This document shows, in pieces, positions 17,063-26,547 of a stretch of 28,560 nucleotides of DNA. The notes below the pieces were generated by a model. The model made no database searches and was not told where the DNA came from. It worked only from the letters and a program-made list of their open reading frames with translations. Position 1 is the stretch's first letter; every line of letters begins with the position of its first letter. Both the position numbers and the translations under genes were made by a program. Source of the DNA: a virus (taxonomy: Duplodnaviria; Caudoviricetes); the IMG/VR virus record IMGVR_UViG_3300032301_000739, positions 1 through 28,560 of that record; one strand, 5' to 3'.

Positions 17063-17908
17063 ATGAAGATTAAAATCGCAACAGAATACGATCCAAAATT
17101 TCTAGAAACAGATAGACCGCAACCTCTGGTAGATAATCGAATTGAATCTTTAATACAAGAGGTGCTATCTGGTAAATTAGACACAGATATAAGCGACCAA
17201 GTTTATGTAAATTTTAAAAAAGAAATGGCTGATTGGCTAGCAGCCAGTGAACTTAATAATATAACAGGGTTCGATAGTTTCCATCGTGTGGACATAATCA
17301 ATGGTTGTACACAGTTTATCGATAACATTTACATGCAAGGCCAGCCACAGGTGTTAATTGGCGATTATAGATATCATGCTAGACTAGGTAATTGGTGGTC
17401 TAGTCCTGGATTACTTAGAGAAGGTGTGCCATTAGTAATTGCTATGCCTTTTCCGAGTACAGGTGCAGTTCATACACAAATGAAGGATATATTAGATGAG
17501 TGTTTACAAAAAGAGATTCCAGTTCATATTGACGGTGCTTGGCTCACCTGCTGCCGAGACATTGAGTTCGATATCAGTCATGCTGCTATTCGCAGTGTTG
17601 GCATCAGTCTATCTAAAGGGCTAGGCCTAGGTTGGAATAGGATTGGCTTACGTTGGACTAGACAAACTGCTGCCGACAGTGTTACAATAATGAATGACTT
17701 TAACATGAATCTCCGTGCACCGGCCATGATTGGTTTACATTTCATCCGTAACTTACCACCTGATTATTTGTGGAATACCCACAAAGAACAATACTATAAG
17801 GTATGCTCAGATTTTGACTTGACACCAACCAACAGCATTTATTTGGCAATCAACAACGGATACCCTGTCGGAATCAGTCCCCTTATACGGTATTTAGAAA
17901 ATGCCTAG
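17063..17908 (+). CDS. PLP-dependent enzyme (fold type I-like), compact
   Basis: NGCTQ, PFPSTG, VHIDGAW (PLP-binding Asp), SLSKG (Schiff-base Lys), RIG. Confidence 0.7.
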   Translation: MKIKIATEYDPKFLETDRPQPLVDNRIESLIQEVLSGKLDTDISDQVYVNFKKEMADWLAASELNNITGFDSFHRVDIINGCTQFIDNIYMQGQPQVLIGDYRYHARLGNWWSSPGLLREGVPLVIAMPFPSTGAVHTQMKDILDECLQKEIPVHIDGAWLTCCRDIEFDISHAAIRSVGISLSKGLGLGWNRIGLRWTRQTAADSVTIMNDFNMNLRAPAMIGLHFIRNLPPDYLWNTHKEQYYKVCSDFDLTPTNSIYLAINNGYPVGISPLIRYLENA

Positions 17909-18542
17909 GTTAATTACATTCGGTGATAGCTTTACTTACGGTCATGGATTATCGGATTGTCATGTACCTGAAAAAAATTGGCAAGGCCCAAATCCTAGTA
18001 AATTTGCTTGGCCACAAATATTGGGGGATATGTTAGGTATCGAAGTTATTAATAAATCAATATGCGGGTCTAGTAATATACAAATTTTAAAAGAAATTCT
18101 AACATTTGATAGTTTTCAAAAAACAGATACAGTGATAGTAGGATGGACATTTAATCTGCGAGATTGTATTTTTAATAAAAACATATTAGGGGTCGAATCG
18201 GAACTTAGAGTGAGTGCTTGGCATAATGATAGCGATATTGTTAAAAACTATTTCAGTGTTCACAACGATCACGATTTATCAGTTAGAACAGGACTGTATA
18301 TACATCATGCAGAATCATATTTAAAAACAAAAGAAGTCACACAATTTCAATTTTCTGCGTTACATCAAGGTTGGTATAATACAGATGGACTGCCTATTTT
18401 TATCAAGGATCCTGAACATTTTATTTTTGGTAGAATCATCGACCACAACACAGACATAGCATTGGATAATAGTCACCCAGGACCTGTAAGTCATAGCAAC
18501 GCGGCTAAAAAATTATATGAGATAATCAATGCACCAAAGTAA
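17901..18542 (+). CDS. SGNH/GDSL hydrolase-fold protein
   Basis: TFGDSFTYGHG, NKSICGSSN, VIVGWT, DNSHPG. Confidence 0.72.
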   Translation: MPRLITFGDSFTYGHGLSDCHVPEKNWQGPNPSKFAWPQILGDMLGIEVINKSICGSSNIQILKEILTFDSFQKTDTVIVGWTFNLRDCIFNKNILGVESELRVSAWHNDSDIVKNYFSVHNDHDLSVRTGLYIHHAESYLKTKEVTQFQFSALHQGWYNTDGLPIFIKDPEHFIFGRIIDHNTDIALDNSHPGPVSHSNAAKKLYEIINAPK

Positions 18543-19776
18543 AACATTTTGTATGCATCCTTTTACAGGATTAGCTACTAGAGAAGATGGCGCCATATGT
18601 GCTTGTTGTCGTAGCCGCCCTGTTGGGTTTATACAAAAAGACACATTAGAAAATATTTGGAACAACGATACGATGCAACGTATTCGTCGACAAGTATTAA
18701 ACAATGAACGTCCGCCAGAGTGTGAACCTTGTTTTAGTCTAGAAGATCAGGGTGTTGAAAGTTTACGTCAACGTCATGTAGCTGGTAAGATTCCAGAAGC
18801 ACGAATTAACCTGTATCCTAATACACCACTATTAGAAATCATGCCGTTTGAGATTCCTACCATGGAACTTAAACTAAACAATTTATGTAACCTTAAATGT
18901 CGTATGTGCCATCCAATGGACAGTACTAGTTGGAATGACTGGAGTGAAGTAAAAGACTTTTACAAAGCAGAGGGCAACATCATGTATGCTATTGTAGAAG
19001 AACACGACTTAGAACGTAGGCCTTTCCTAGACAAATTTCAAGACAGTCCAGAATGGTGGGCTAGTTTAGAAAAATTGCTTCCGCACTTTAGACGTGTAGA
19101 GTTTGCTGGCGGAGAGCCATTAATGGATCCACAGCATTATCGCATACTAGATATGCTTGCACCATACGGCAATCAAATTGAAATTAAGTATGCCACTAAT
19201 CTAAGTATGCTAGGTAAAAGTAGTCGTACTGTTTGGGAATACTGGCCTAAGTTTAAAAGTGTTGCTGTCAATGTCAGCATTGATGGCATAGGAAAAAGTT
19301 ATGAGTATGTTCGAGGTAATGCTAGCTGGGCAGAATTAATTAACAATATTAAACAAATACAAACTATTCCGAATATTAGTCGCATCGTTGGTGCTGTTAC
19401 AGTACAAGTTAGTAATGTGCTTATATTAGATAAAATAATCGAATACTTCTTAGATGACTTGGGAATTATATTTCATACGCACCGTGTAGAATATCCTAAG
19501 GTATTATCAGCACAAGTGTTACCACGTGAATTACAAGCATTAGCGATAACAAAACTTCGTGCTGTTGAACACCGTCTAGAAGAATTTAAGATGGTTAAGA
19601 AACATCCCGAACTATTATCTTATACACGCGGACAAATACAGGATAACATCAATTACTTGATGTCTCGAGACCAAAGCGATAAGTGGCAAGATTGTGTATC
19701 TTTCAATCAAGCATTGGATTCTACCCGCAATCAAAGTTTCTTTGATGTTACTCCAGAGTTTAAAAATTATGTTTAA
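18529..19776 (+). CDS. Radical SAM protein with an N-terminal twitch/SPASM-like Cys domain
   Basis: FCMHPF...DG..CACC...IWN...ECEPC precedes NLCNLKCRMC; FAGGEP; YATN; VSIDG. Confidence 0.88.
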   Translation: MHQSKTFCMHPFTGLATREDGAICACCRSRPVGFIQKDTLENIWNNDTMQRIRRQVLNNERPPECEPCFSLEDQGVESLRQRHVAGKIPEARINLYPNTPLLEIMPFEIPTMELKLNNLCNLKCRMCHPMDSTSWNDWSEVKDFYKAEGNIMYAIVEEHDLERRPFLDKFQDSPEWWASLEKLLPHFRRVEFAGGEPLMDPQHYRILDMLAPYGNQIEIKYATNLSMLGKSSRTVWEYWPKFKSVAVNVSIDGIGKSYEYVRGNASWAELINNIKQIQTIPNISRIVGAVTVQVSNVLILDKIIEYFLDDLGIIFHTHRVEYPKVLSAQVLPRELQALAITKLRAVEHRLEEFKMVKKHPELLSYTRGQIQDNINYLMSRDQSDKWQDCVSFNQALDSTRNQSFFDVTPEFKNYV

Positions 19777-20575
19777 GATTGTATTAACAAATAACATAGA
19801 AGATACAGAGCTAATTTTTAAGGTGAGAGAAACATCCATTGCAAAAAAATGGTTCGCTGAACTTTGTAAAAATTATTCTATATATGAGAATGATAGATTT
19901 AGCAATTGGGGTGCAAACTATGAATTGATAAATGACATTAATAAACAAATTGATATAATTAATCAATATCAATATATTGTAGATCAAAAAGTATCTGTTA
20001 CAACTACACAAGATCAACTCAATTATCTACACAAATTTTTCGAAGATCTTAGAGGTGATATTGTAATAGGAACTACATGGTTTCATAATGCTCCTGTAGA
20101 AGTACAGATAGCATTAGAAAAATTTAACATAAGAATTCATCAACTGGAAGAACAGTTGAGGTCTCCTAATTATCCTACACTTGTAGTAACGTTCAAAGAC
20201 CACAATAGATGCCTTCTTACAGATGAAGATGTAAAGCATTTTACTTTTAATTGGAAAAAAGGAACGGTATACATAAATTATTGCCATGTAGGAAAACCTG
20301 TTTTAGATGTATTCAAAGACCATGACACTATCACGCAGGGTGTGGTACCACAAACACATTACAGTGCAGACTTCATGATAAAATTTGGACCGTCAACAAA
20401 TTATCTAATTTTTGTTCTAAGAAAAATAATAATCAATATATGGTTGAAATTTCAAAAGTTCAAATTTAAGAATCCAAATATAGGCTATATTCCAGTCGCT
20501 GATATCATCGGCAATTTTGATATAGAAAATTATAGAAAATTTAATAGAGTAAAAAAAATCGAATGTATAAAGTAA
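19769..20575 (+). CDS. Hypothetical protein (~268 aa)
   Basis: ORF coupled to both neighbours; start at 19769 (MFKIVLT). Contains LNYLHKFFE, N.RIHQLE and YCHVGK segments of unknown function. Confidence 0.7.
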   Translation: MFKIVLTNNIEDTELIFKVRETSIAKKWFAELCKNYSIYENDRFSNWGANYELINDINKQIDIINQYQYIVDQKVSVTTTQDQLNYLHKFFEDLRGDIVIGTTWFHNAPVEVQIALEKFNIRIHQLEEQLRSPNYPTLVVTFKDHNRCLLTDEDVKHFTFNWKKGTVYINYCHVGKPVLDVFKDHDTITQGVVPQTHYSADFMIKFGPSTNYLIFVLRKIIINIWLKFQKFKFKNPNIGYIPVADIIGNFDIENYRKFNRVKKIECIK

Positions 20576-21456
20576 CTAGTGCATGGCCGCATCAAGATCA
20601 AATTAAGATAGAATGGAACCTTGGCAAACGGTGTAACTACGACTGTACATATTGCCCAGCAAGCATACATGATAACTTTAGTCCTCATACAGACATCGAT
20701 ATATTAGAACGCACAGTGGATAAGTTGTGTGAACTAGGTAAGCCGTTGCGTATCAGTTTAACTGGAGGAGAGCCTTGTGTGCATCCAGACATAGAGGATC
20801 TATTAGAGTATTTTAAACGTAAAAATATATTCTGGGTCAACCTAACAACTAATGGAACTAGGGGGTATCGATGGTATTTGCAGCACGAAATGTTTTTTAA
20901 TCATCTTGTTTTCAGTTTGCATTTTGAACAAGACTGGACAAGAATATTCGATACCATTATGAAATTCTACGACGAGACTGATCGAGACTTTTTTGTTAAT
21001 GTAATGGCACATCACAATTACATGCACAACGTAAAAGTTGTTGTTAAAAAGTTTGATGAACTGGGAATTAAGTATGCCATTCGTAGAATTCGGTGGACTG
21101 AAGGCGACCATAACGTATTCGACGATTTAAAATACGATGGCAAGGATCTGGAATGGATTTTAAAACACGATGCTACAGTTAAACCAAATTGCCGTATTGA
21201 TGACAGTGAAGTCATGCATAGCAACGATGTAATTAAACTTCACAAAAATCAATTTAAAGACTGGACTTGCAATGCAGGCATTGAAAGTTTAATGATCAAC
21301 TGGGACGGTGAAGTACATAGGGCAACGTGTAGAGTGGGCGGAAGTCTTGGTAATATCTACACAGGAACATTTACTGCCCCCAATGCTCCGATTTCGTGTA
21401 CTAGAGACTGGTGCACCTGTGCAGCAGATATTCCGTTAACCAAGTTTAAACTTTGA
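20563..21456 (+). CDS. Radical SAM protein with a C-terminal SPASM/twitch-like domain
   Basis: RCNYDCTYC; LTGGEP; LTTNG; WTCNAG...RATC...LGNI...CTRDWCTC. Confidence 0.88.
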   Translation: MYKVTSAWPHQDQIKIEWNLGKRCNYDCTYCPASIHDNFSPHTDIDILERTVDKLCELGKPLRISLTGGEPCVHPDIEDLLEYFKRKNIFWVNLTTNGTRGYRWYLQHEMFFNHLVFSLHFEQDWTRIFDTIMKFYDETDRDFFVNVMAHHNYMHNVKVVVKKFDELGIKYAIRRIRWTEGDHNVFDDLKYDGKDLEWILKHDATVKPNCRIDDSEVMHSNDVIKLHKNQFKDWTCNAGIESLMINWDGEVHRATCRVGGSLGNIYTGTFTAPNAPISCTRDWCTCAADIPLTKFKL

Positions 21457-22473
21457 TTGTTGTGTTTCGCATGCGCACAAGCAACTCTTAATAGAACATA
21501 TAGATGGTTTAAATTCAGGATCAAATTTTTCTATAAAGTCGTTGTCTAAGATATTGAAAGAATAGTCAAGCCCATAAACCTTTTGTTGACACGATCCTTG
21601 TATTGCCCCAGTCCATTCTATAAACACATTATCTAAACCTATGTCACAACTCCATCCTTCAAATGCTGTCCAGTTTTCGTTAATGTATGTGTTAGATTTG
21701 GATTTCATAGTTTTACCGTTATCGAAATACGCAACACTTTCGTGAAGACGTATTTCGCCAGTGAATATTAATTTTCTATTTTTCCAAAACCATAATAGAC
21801 TAGGTATTCGTTTCAACGAGTTTTTTAAGAATCCTTTTTGATCTTTTGTTAATTGTATATCGTTAGCATCTATGACTTTTATGCCTTTGATGTTTGCAAC
21901 AGCTGGTTCGATAACTTCGCAAGTTGTTATGAACCAAGGATGCTTGCTGTGTTTTTTCATGTAGGCAATTACATCAATGCCTTTTTGCCAATGTTTCCGA
22001 TCCATCAAAACTTTCACAGTAACTTTCTTACCATACTCAAATAACGTATCTGCTACCGCAATCATGTGATCTGGGTCAGCTTCCGCTATGTGATAAGATA
22101 GTCCAGCATTATCTATTAGATGACCGTATTCTTTCCACCATCTAAGTGTTCTTGAACCATTACTAATTATCGTAAAGTAGATATCATTTTCTTTTTTAAC
22201 TGCTTCAATAAATCGTCCCAGGTCTTTCCATAGAGTCGGTTCGCCGCCTGCTATACTGAGATGTATTTTTGTTTTGCCCAATTTGGTTCTATATTGCACA
22301 ATCATGTGATTGAAGTTCTTGATTATGAGATCCAAGTCTTGCGGGGAACGATAATCACCGGCATTGCTACCGGGCCAACAGTATTCGCATCTATAGTTAC
22401 AAACATTGTTGGGATTCCACCTTATGGCTAAAATATTAGATTTCTGGGTTGATACAATTTTTATAATTTTCAT
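21436..22473 (-). CDS. Radical SAM protein with a C-terminal SPASM/twitch-like domain
   Basis: VCNYRCEYC; IAGGEPT; ISNGSR; WSCDIG...GSC...CSIKSCLC. Confidence 0.88.
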   Translation of the reverse strand: MKIIKIVSTQKSNILAIRWNPNNVCNYRCEYCWPGSNAGDYRSPQDLDLIIKNFNHMIVQYRTKLGKTKIHLSIAGGEPTLWKDLGRFIEAVKKENDIYFTIISNGSRTLRWWKEYGHLIDNAGLSYHIAEADPDHMIAVADTLFEYGKKVTVKVLMDRKHWQKGIDVIAYMKKHSKHPWFITTCEVIEPAVANIKGIKVIDANDIQLTKDQKGFLKNSLKRIPSLLWFWKNRKLIFTGEIRLHESVAYFDNGKTMKSKSNTYINENWTAFEGWSCDIGLDNVFIEWTGAIQGSCQQKVYGLDYSFNILDNDFIEKFDPEFKPSICSIKSCLCACETQQSKFKLG

Positions 22474-23888
22474 AGTAAATGCGCTAGTTCGGGGAACGTC
22501 TCTTTAAAATCTGTGCCACGTTGTTTATCCATTGTAATAATATAATCTTTAAAGTCTGGTAATAAATTGGTGTGATCTTCTTTATCCATCCAGTCTAGTA
22601 TGCCTTCCCAACGTTTCCAGCCATATGGGTTGACTTCCCAAAATTCTGTATCTTGTGTGTAGTTATCCCACAACCATTGCTGTAGTTCGGCAAACAAATC
22701 ACGTACAGCTAATTTATCTTCTTTGGGTAGTACACGCAGACTCAACCAAGTTGGAATCCATAGCAAGTGTACACCTACTAGACCGCCACCCATTACATGA
22801 CCTGCTGCATTTAGATCAAAGTTTATCTTGTTAAACTTCATACGTACCTTCCACTTGATGAAATCCGGAACATGTTTGATGTTTAGTATCTGTACAGCCA
22901 TAGCGATGTTGGTCTGTATATTGTCTGGTGCATTGTCTAACTTAACTAAATTACTTTCCACTTCTTTCCAATCTAATGGATGGCGTATATATTCTCCACG
23001 CGGACCTATGCCGTCTAGGCTAACACCGACTTTGACTTTGCGAAACTGGCTCCAGATCTCTATAATCTCGTCATTGACAAGGATGCCGTTGGTATTGTAG
23101 CGTAGACTGATCTGCCCGGCATATCCTCGAGCAATGATTTCTAATAAGAATACCTTATGCTCTTTGATCAATAATGGCTCACCGCCTGCGAAGTACAACT
23201 GTTTGATATTAGGTATCTGATCATAAATTTCTTCCCAAAACGCAGGATTTTCATGCCACTTGTTATTAAAGTCTGAACCTTGCCAACTCATTTGTTTTTT
23301 AATCAACTGGCTAGTGAATATAGGAAATACTTTTTTATGATCAGGAACCCACATGCTACTATCATGCGGACTACACATAATACATTTTAAATTACATGTA
23401 TGACCTAATCTTAAATCTAGGTATTGCAGTTTATAAGGAACTGAGCCGTCTAGTTCTGTTTCAGTTATTAGCTCTTTGATATCGATCTTTTCATTCAGAT
23501 GCCAAGTCCCGGTTTCCCAAATACGTTTACTAGCAATGCCTTCTGCTTCTTCTTCAAAGCACTTAGTACAGCTAGCAGGAACTGCTCCTTCTAACATAGT
23601 CTTTCGCACCGACTTCATATAGTCATTGTTGAATGCACTGGTGGGAAGATCGTTGGCAAAGTTTGCTGGTTCCCCATCTTCTTTTTTAACCAGTCCCACT
23701 GTGTAGTCTCCGGAGTCTGCGCCGCTGGCATTAGCCACACAACATATACGCATATCCCCGTTAGGACGGGTTGCCAAGTGTATCCAAGGCAGTACACAAA
23801 AACTAGGACTGCCGGTCAAGTCTTTGATTTGTTTCTGCCAATCACCCAGTTGAGTGTTTTCTGGGTGTAGCCAAAATACTTTATTCAT
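22470..23888 (-). CDS. Radical SAM protein with an N-terminal twitch/SPASM-like Cys domain
   Basis: FCVLPW...NG..RICC...SCTKC precedes TCNLKCIMC; FAGGEP; YNTNG; VSLDG. Start set at 23888. Confidence 0.88.
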   Translation of the reverse strand: MNKVFWLHPENTQLGDWQKQIKDLTGSPSFCVLPWIHLATRPNGDMRICCVANASGADSGDYTVGLVKKEDGEPANFANDLPTSAFNNDYMKSVRKTMLEGAVPASCTKCFEEEAEGIASKRIWETGTWHLNEKIDIKELITETELDGSVPYKLQYLDLRLGHTCNLKCIMCSPHDSSMWVPDHKKVFPIFTSQLIKKQMSWQGSDFNNKWHENPAFWEEIYDQIPNIKQLYFAGGEPLLIKEHKVFLLEIIARGYAGQISLRYNTNGILVNDEIIEIWSQFRKVKVGVSLDGIGPRGEYIRHPLDWKEVESNLVKLDNAPDNIQTNIAMAVQILNIKHVPDFIKWKVRMKFNKINFDLNAAGHVMGGGLVGVHLLWIPTWLSLRVLPKEDKLAVRDLFAELQQWLWDNYTQDTEFWEVNPYGWKRWEGILDWMDKEDHTNLLPDFKDYIITMDKQRGTDFKETFPELAHLL

Positions 23889-24966
23889 TGATTGATATCT
23901 CAGTTTCTTGCTCATGCACACCTAGGAAAGGACTATGTGGACCGCACATTATGATGCAGGTTGAACTGGATCTGTCCTTCCATTTTTGTTGCCACATGGT
24001 TTGCCATTGCTCAGATTCGATGATGTTTTTAAATCCAGATTCTAGTACGTTTAATCTTGGAAACTCTAGTACTTGCTGACGCACTCGTTCTCCTTCCTCA
24101 ACAACTGAATCTTCTTCATATAGATTGTATTTTTTCAATAATTCAACATCGTAATTTGTATATAAAAATGCTCCGATCATACAGCAGGGGCTTAATTGAT
24201 AATGTGCATCGATGAATAAATCTTTATCTGCAATTGCTACACAATTAATTTCATCTGCTTTTGGCCATTGTTGGTGCCCCTGAATATCCGACTTGCTAAC
24301 AAATTTAATCACGCTGTCAGATGGTTGTTCGAGATTATACAGGAACTGCCCTTGATTATCAACTACAGGAAACGGCCTGCCGTGACGTCTACTAGTTTTC
24401 ATAGTAAATTGTCTAAATCCCAATTGCTTAGATAAAACTTCTGCGTCAGCAACTTGATGTTCGTTGTGTTTGAATCTGATAAAATGCCATTCAGTAGTTC
24501 CGCCGGCATCGATAAATGTTTTAGCATTTCTTAAAATTAAATTATAACTAGTGCCTACTCGATAAAGATGATGCGTATCTTCCAGCCCATCTATGGCAAA
24601 TATCACATTATGATCGTCTGGCAATGCAGATCTTAATGCTTTCCACCAAGCAGTGGATCTTAAACTACCGTTGGTGTGTATGTCTATTTTAATTGACGGT
24701 GCATTAACTTTAACGTATTCACACATTTTGATAAGATCGTTGTTTAATAAAGGATCGCCAAAGTTGCCACAAAAGTTAATAATTTTAAGCTGTGCTAGTA
24801 CATCTACAGTAAATATTTTTATAAAATCTTCCAAGGACCAATCATTGATAGGTAACAGAGGATTTTCTAGGCCGCCGTGAATATTTCGGGGACACATAGG
24901 GCAACTTGCTTGACATCGATTAGTGATTTCTAGATGAACACTTTTAAGTTCGTTAAAATTAAACAT
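23881..24966 (-). CDS. Radical SAM protein with a C-terminal twitch-like domain
   Basis: HLEITNRCQASCPMC; CGNFGDP; HTNGS; FAIDG; INC...SPCC...CIIMCG. Confidence 0.88.
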   Translation of the reverse strand: MFNFNELKSVHLEITNRCQASCPMCPRNIHGGLENPLLPINDWSLEDFIKIFTVDVLAQLKIINFCGNFGDPLLNNDLIKMCEYVKVNAPSIKIDIHTNGSLRSTAWWKALRSALPDDHNVIFAIDGLEDTHHLYRVGTSYNLILRNAKTFIDAGGTTEWHFIRFKHNEHQVADAEVLSKQLGFRQFTMKTSRRHGRPFPVVDNQGQFLYNLEQPSDSVIKFVSKSDIQGHQQWPKADEINCVAIADKDLFIDAHYQLSPCCMIGAFLYTNYDVELLKKYNLYEEDSVVEEGERVRQQVLEFPRLNVLESGFKNIIESEQWQTMWQQKWKDRSSSTCIIMCGPHSPFLGVHEQETEISINE

Positions 24967-25564
24967 TTGATTTTCCTATGATCATCCAGCGTGTGTATAA
25001 AGGTAATTCTAATTCGCCAGACCACATGACATCTATATGGCTCTGTTCTTTAAATTCATCTAGACTGTTAGCTGTACGTACATGCTCTGGTATATCATAA
25101 TTATTACTTTGAAGAACCAGCAATTGATCTCTAGTGCGTTTGTCCAACCATGTAGCATATTGTTCTTGGGTGATATGTTCGCAACTAGTATTAATTACAA
25201 TGTCCACAAAGGATATTAAATTACACATGTCTCCAGTGCCTGCTTGGAATCTGCCTTGTATCTCTTCGCCCTTGTTCATCATAGTGGCAATTGGTTCACA
25301 TGCAGGATCGATGTCGAGGCTATAAATTCGTTTGATAGGTATGTCGCTTTGAAACAACATGCTGGCTAACACACCGACCCATCCGCCGTGTATTTCAATA
25401 CTTGCTGGGCCTTCCTTACCTGAAAATTGTGTACTCAGTGCGTTGATAAGCCATTCTTTACTTTTGAGCTGACCCTGCCAGAAAGCATCCATAGTCCGCA
25501 TAGGATCTGGACTCTGTCGAATGGCTTGCATCCAATAGTGTAGATGTTCTGTATCAATTTTCAA
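24959..25564 (-). CDS. Class I SAM-dependent methyltransferase-like protein
   Basis: IHGGWVGVLA (motif I variant), SLDIDP, GDM, VINTSCEH. Likely TTG start at 25564 after GGGAG. Confidence 0.7.
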   Translation of the reverse strand: MKIDTEHLHYWMQAIRQSPDPMRTMDAFWQGQLKSKEWLINALSTQFSGKEGPASIEIHGGWVGVLASMLFQSDIPIKRIYSLDIDPACEPIATMMNKGEEIQGRFQAGTGDMCNLISFVDIVINTSCEHITQEQYATWLDKRTRDQLLVLQSNNYDIPEHVRTANSLDEFKEQSHIDVMWSGELELPLYTRWMIIGKSNV

Positions 25565-26540
25565 ATTGTTCTCCCAGCTTGTCAAACTTACCGCATTGTT
25601 TAGAACATTCTTTAATTCCACATGTACTCCAACTGCTTTCTATTTGATCAAAATAACCGCTGTTAAAAATTTCATTTAATGTTTGCTTGTGTAGATTAGG
25701 CCAATGTCCTATCGTATCTAAGTATTGTATTCGAGAGTCTTGCGTAGGAGGCATTGGTTGTAAATCTAACCAGCAACAAGGAGTTATTGTGCCTTCCGCT
25801 GAGACATATATCTGATTGTCTTTCTTTGCTTTGCAATGAATAGATGGCAGTATGTCTTGCTCGGCAGTTAAAACTTTGCTGATCATATTATTGCTTTTAG
25901 ATGTAGGATATAATATATATTGAGTTTTTCCTAGTTCATCTAGTACATGAAGCTTGCCATCTTTAAAACGACTTGTGTGTTTGACATAGAAATCGTTGAA
26001 TCCCAATTCTTGGCTTAACTCACGGCATTGATCTATCTGATGTTCGTTGTGTTGGAAAGCTAACATATCCCAACGTGCATCACCGCCTGCATTAATAAAT
26101 GCTGTTGCATTGTTGATAATTTTTTTCCAATCAGTATCTATCCTATATAGATGATGAGTATCTTCCAATCCGTCGATGCCAAATACAATTCTTACTTGTA
26201 GCCCTGCCAGTGCTTCAAACCATTCAGTTGTTCGTGCGCTACCATTGGTATGCATGACCAAAGTCATGTCTGCATTATTAGTTCGTAAATGTTTAAAAAT
26301 TTCTAGTGTGTCTTTGGCAATAATAGGATCTCCAAGATTTCCACACATGCTTAGATGGTTTAATTGTTTTATAAAATTCGCAGGAAACCAATCTTTAAAT
26401 TGTTCTAAGGTTATTTCTGTTAAATCAAAAAACGGATTTAAAAGACCACCATTGATGCGTCTAGGGCACATAGGACACCTAGCCTGGCACTTAGATGTTA
26501 TTTCAAGATGTATGGCTCGTATCTGATCTAATTTATACAT
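25554..26540 (-). CDS. Radical SAM protein, paralogue of 23881..24966
   Basis: HLEITSKCQARCPMC; CGNLGDP; HTNGS; FGIDG; IHC...TPCC...CSKQCG. Confidence 0.88.
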   Translation of the reverse strand: MYKLDQIRAIHLEITSKCQARCPMCPRRINGGLLNPFFDLTEITLEQFKDWFPANFIKQLNHLSMCGNLGDPIIAKDTLEIFKHLRTNNADMTLVMHTNGSARTTEWFEALAGLQVRIVFGIDGLEDTHHLYRIDTDWKKIINNATAFINAGGDARWDMLAFQHNEHQIDQCRELSQELGFNDFYVKHTSRFKDGKLHVLDELGKTQYILYPTSKSNNMISKVLTAEQDILPSIHCKAKKDNQIYVSAEGTITPCCWLDLQPMPPTQDSRIQYLDTIGHWPNLHKQTLNEIFNSGYFDQIESSWSTCGIKECSKQCGKFDKLGEQFEN

Positions 26541-26547
26541 GTCAATA

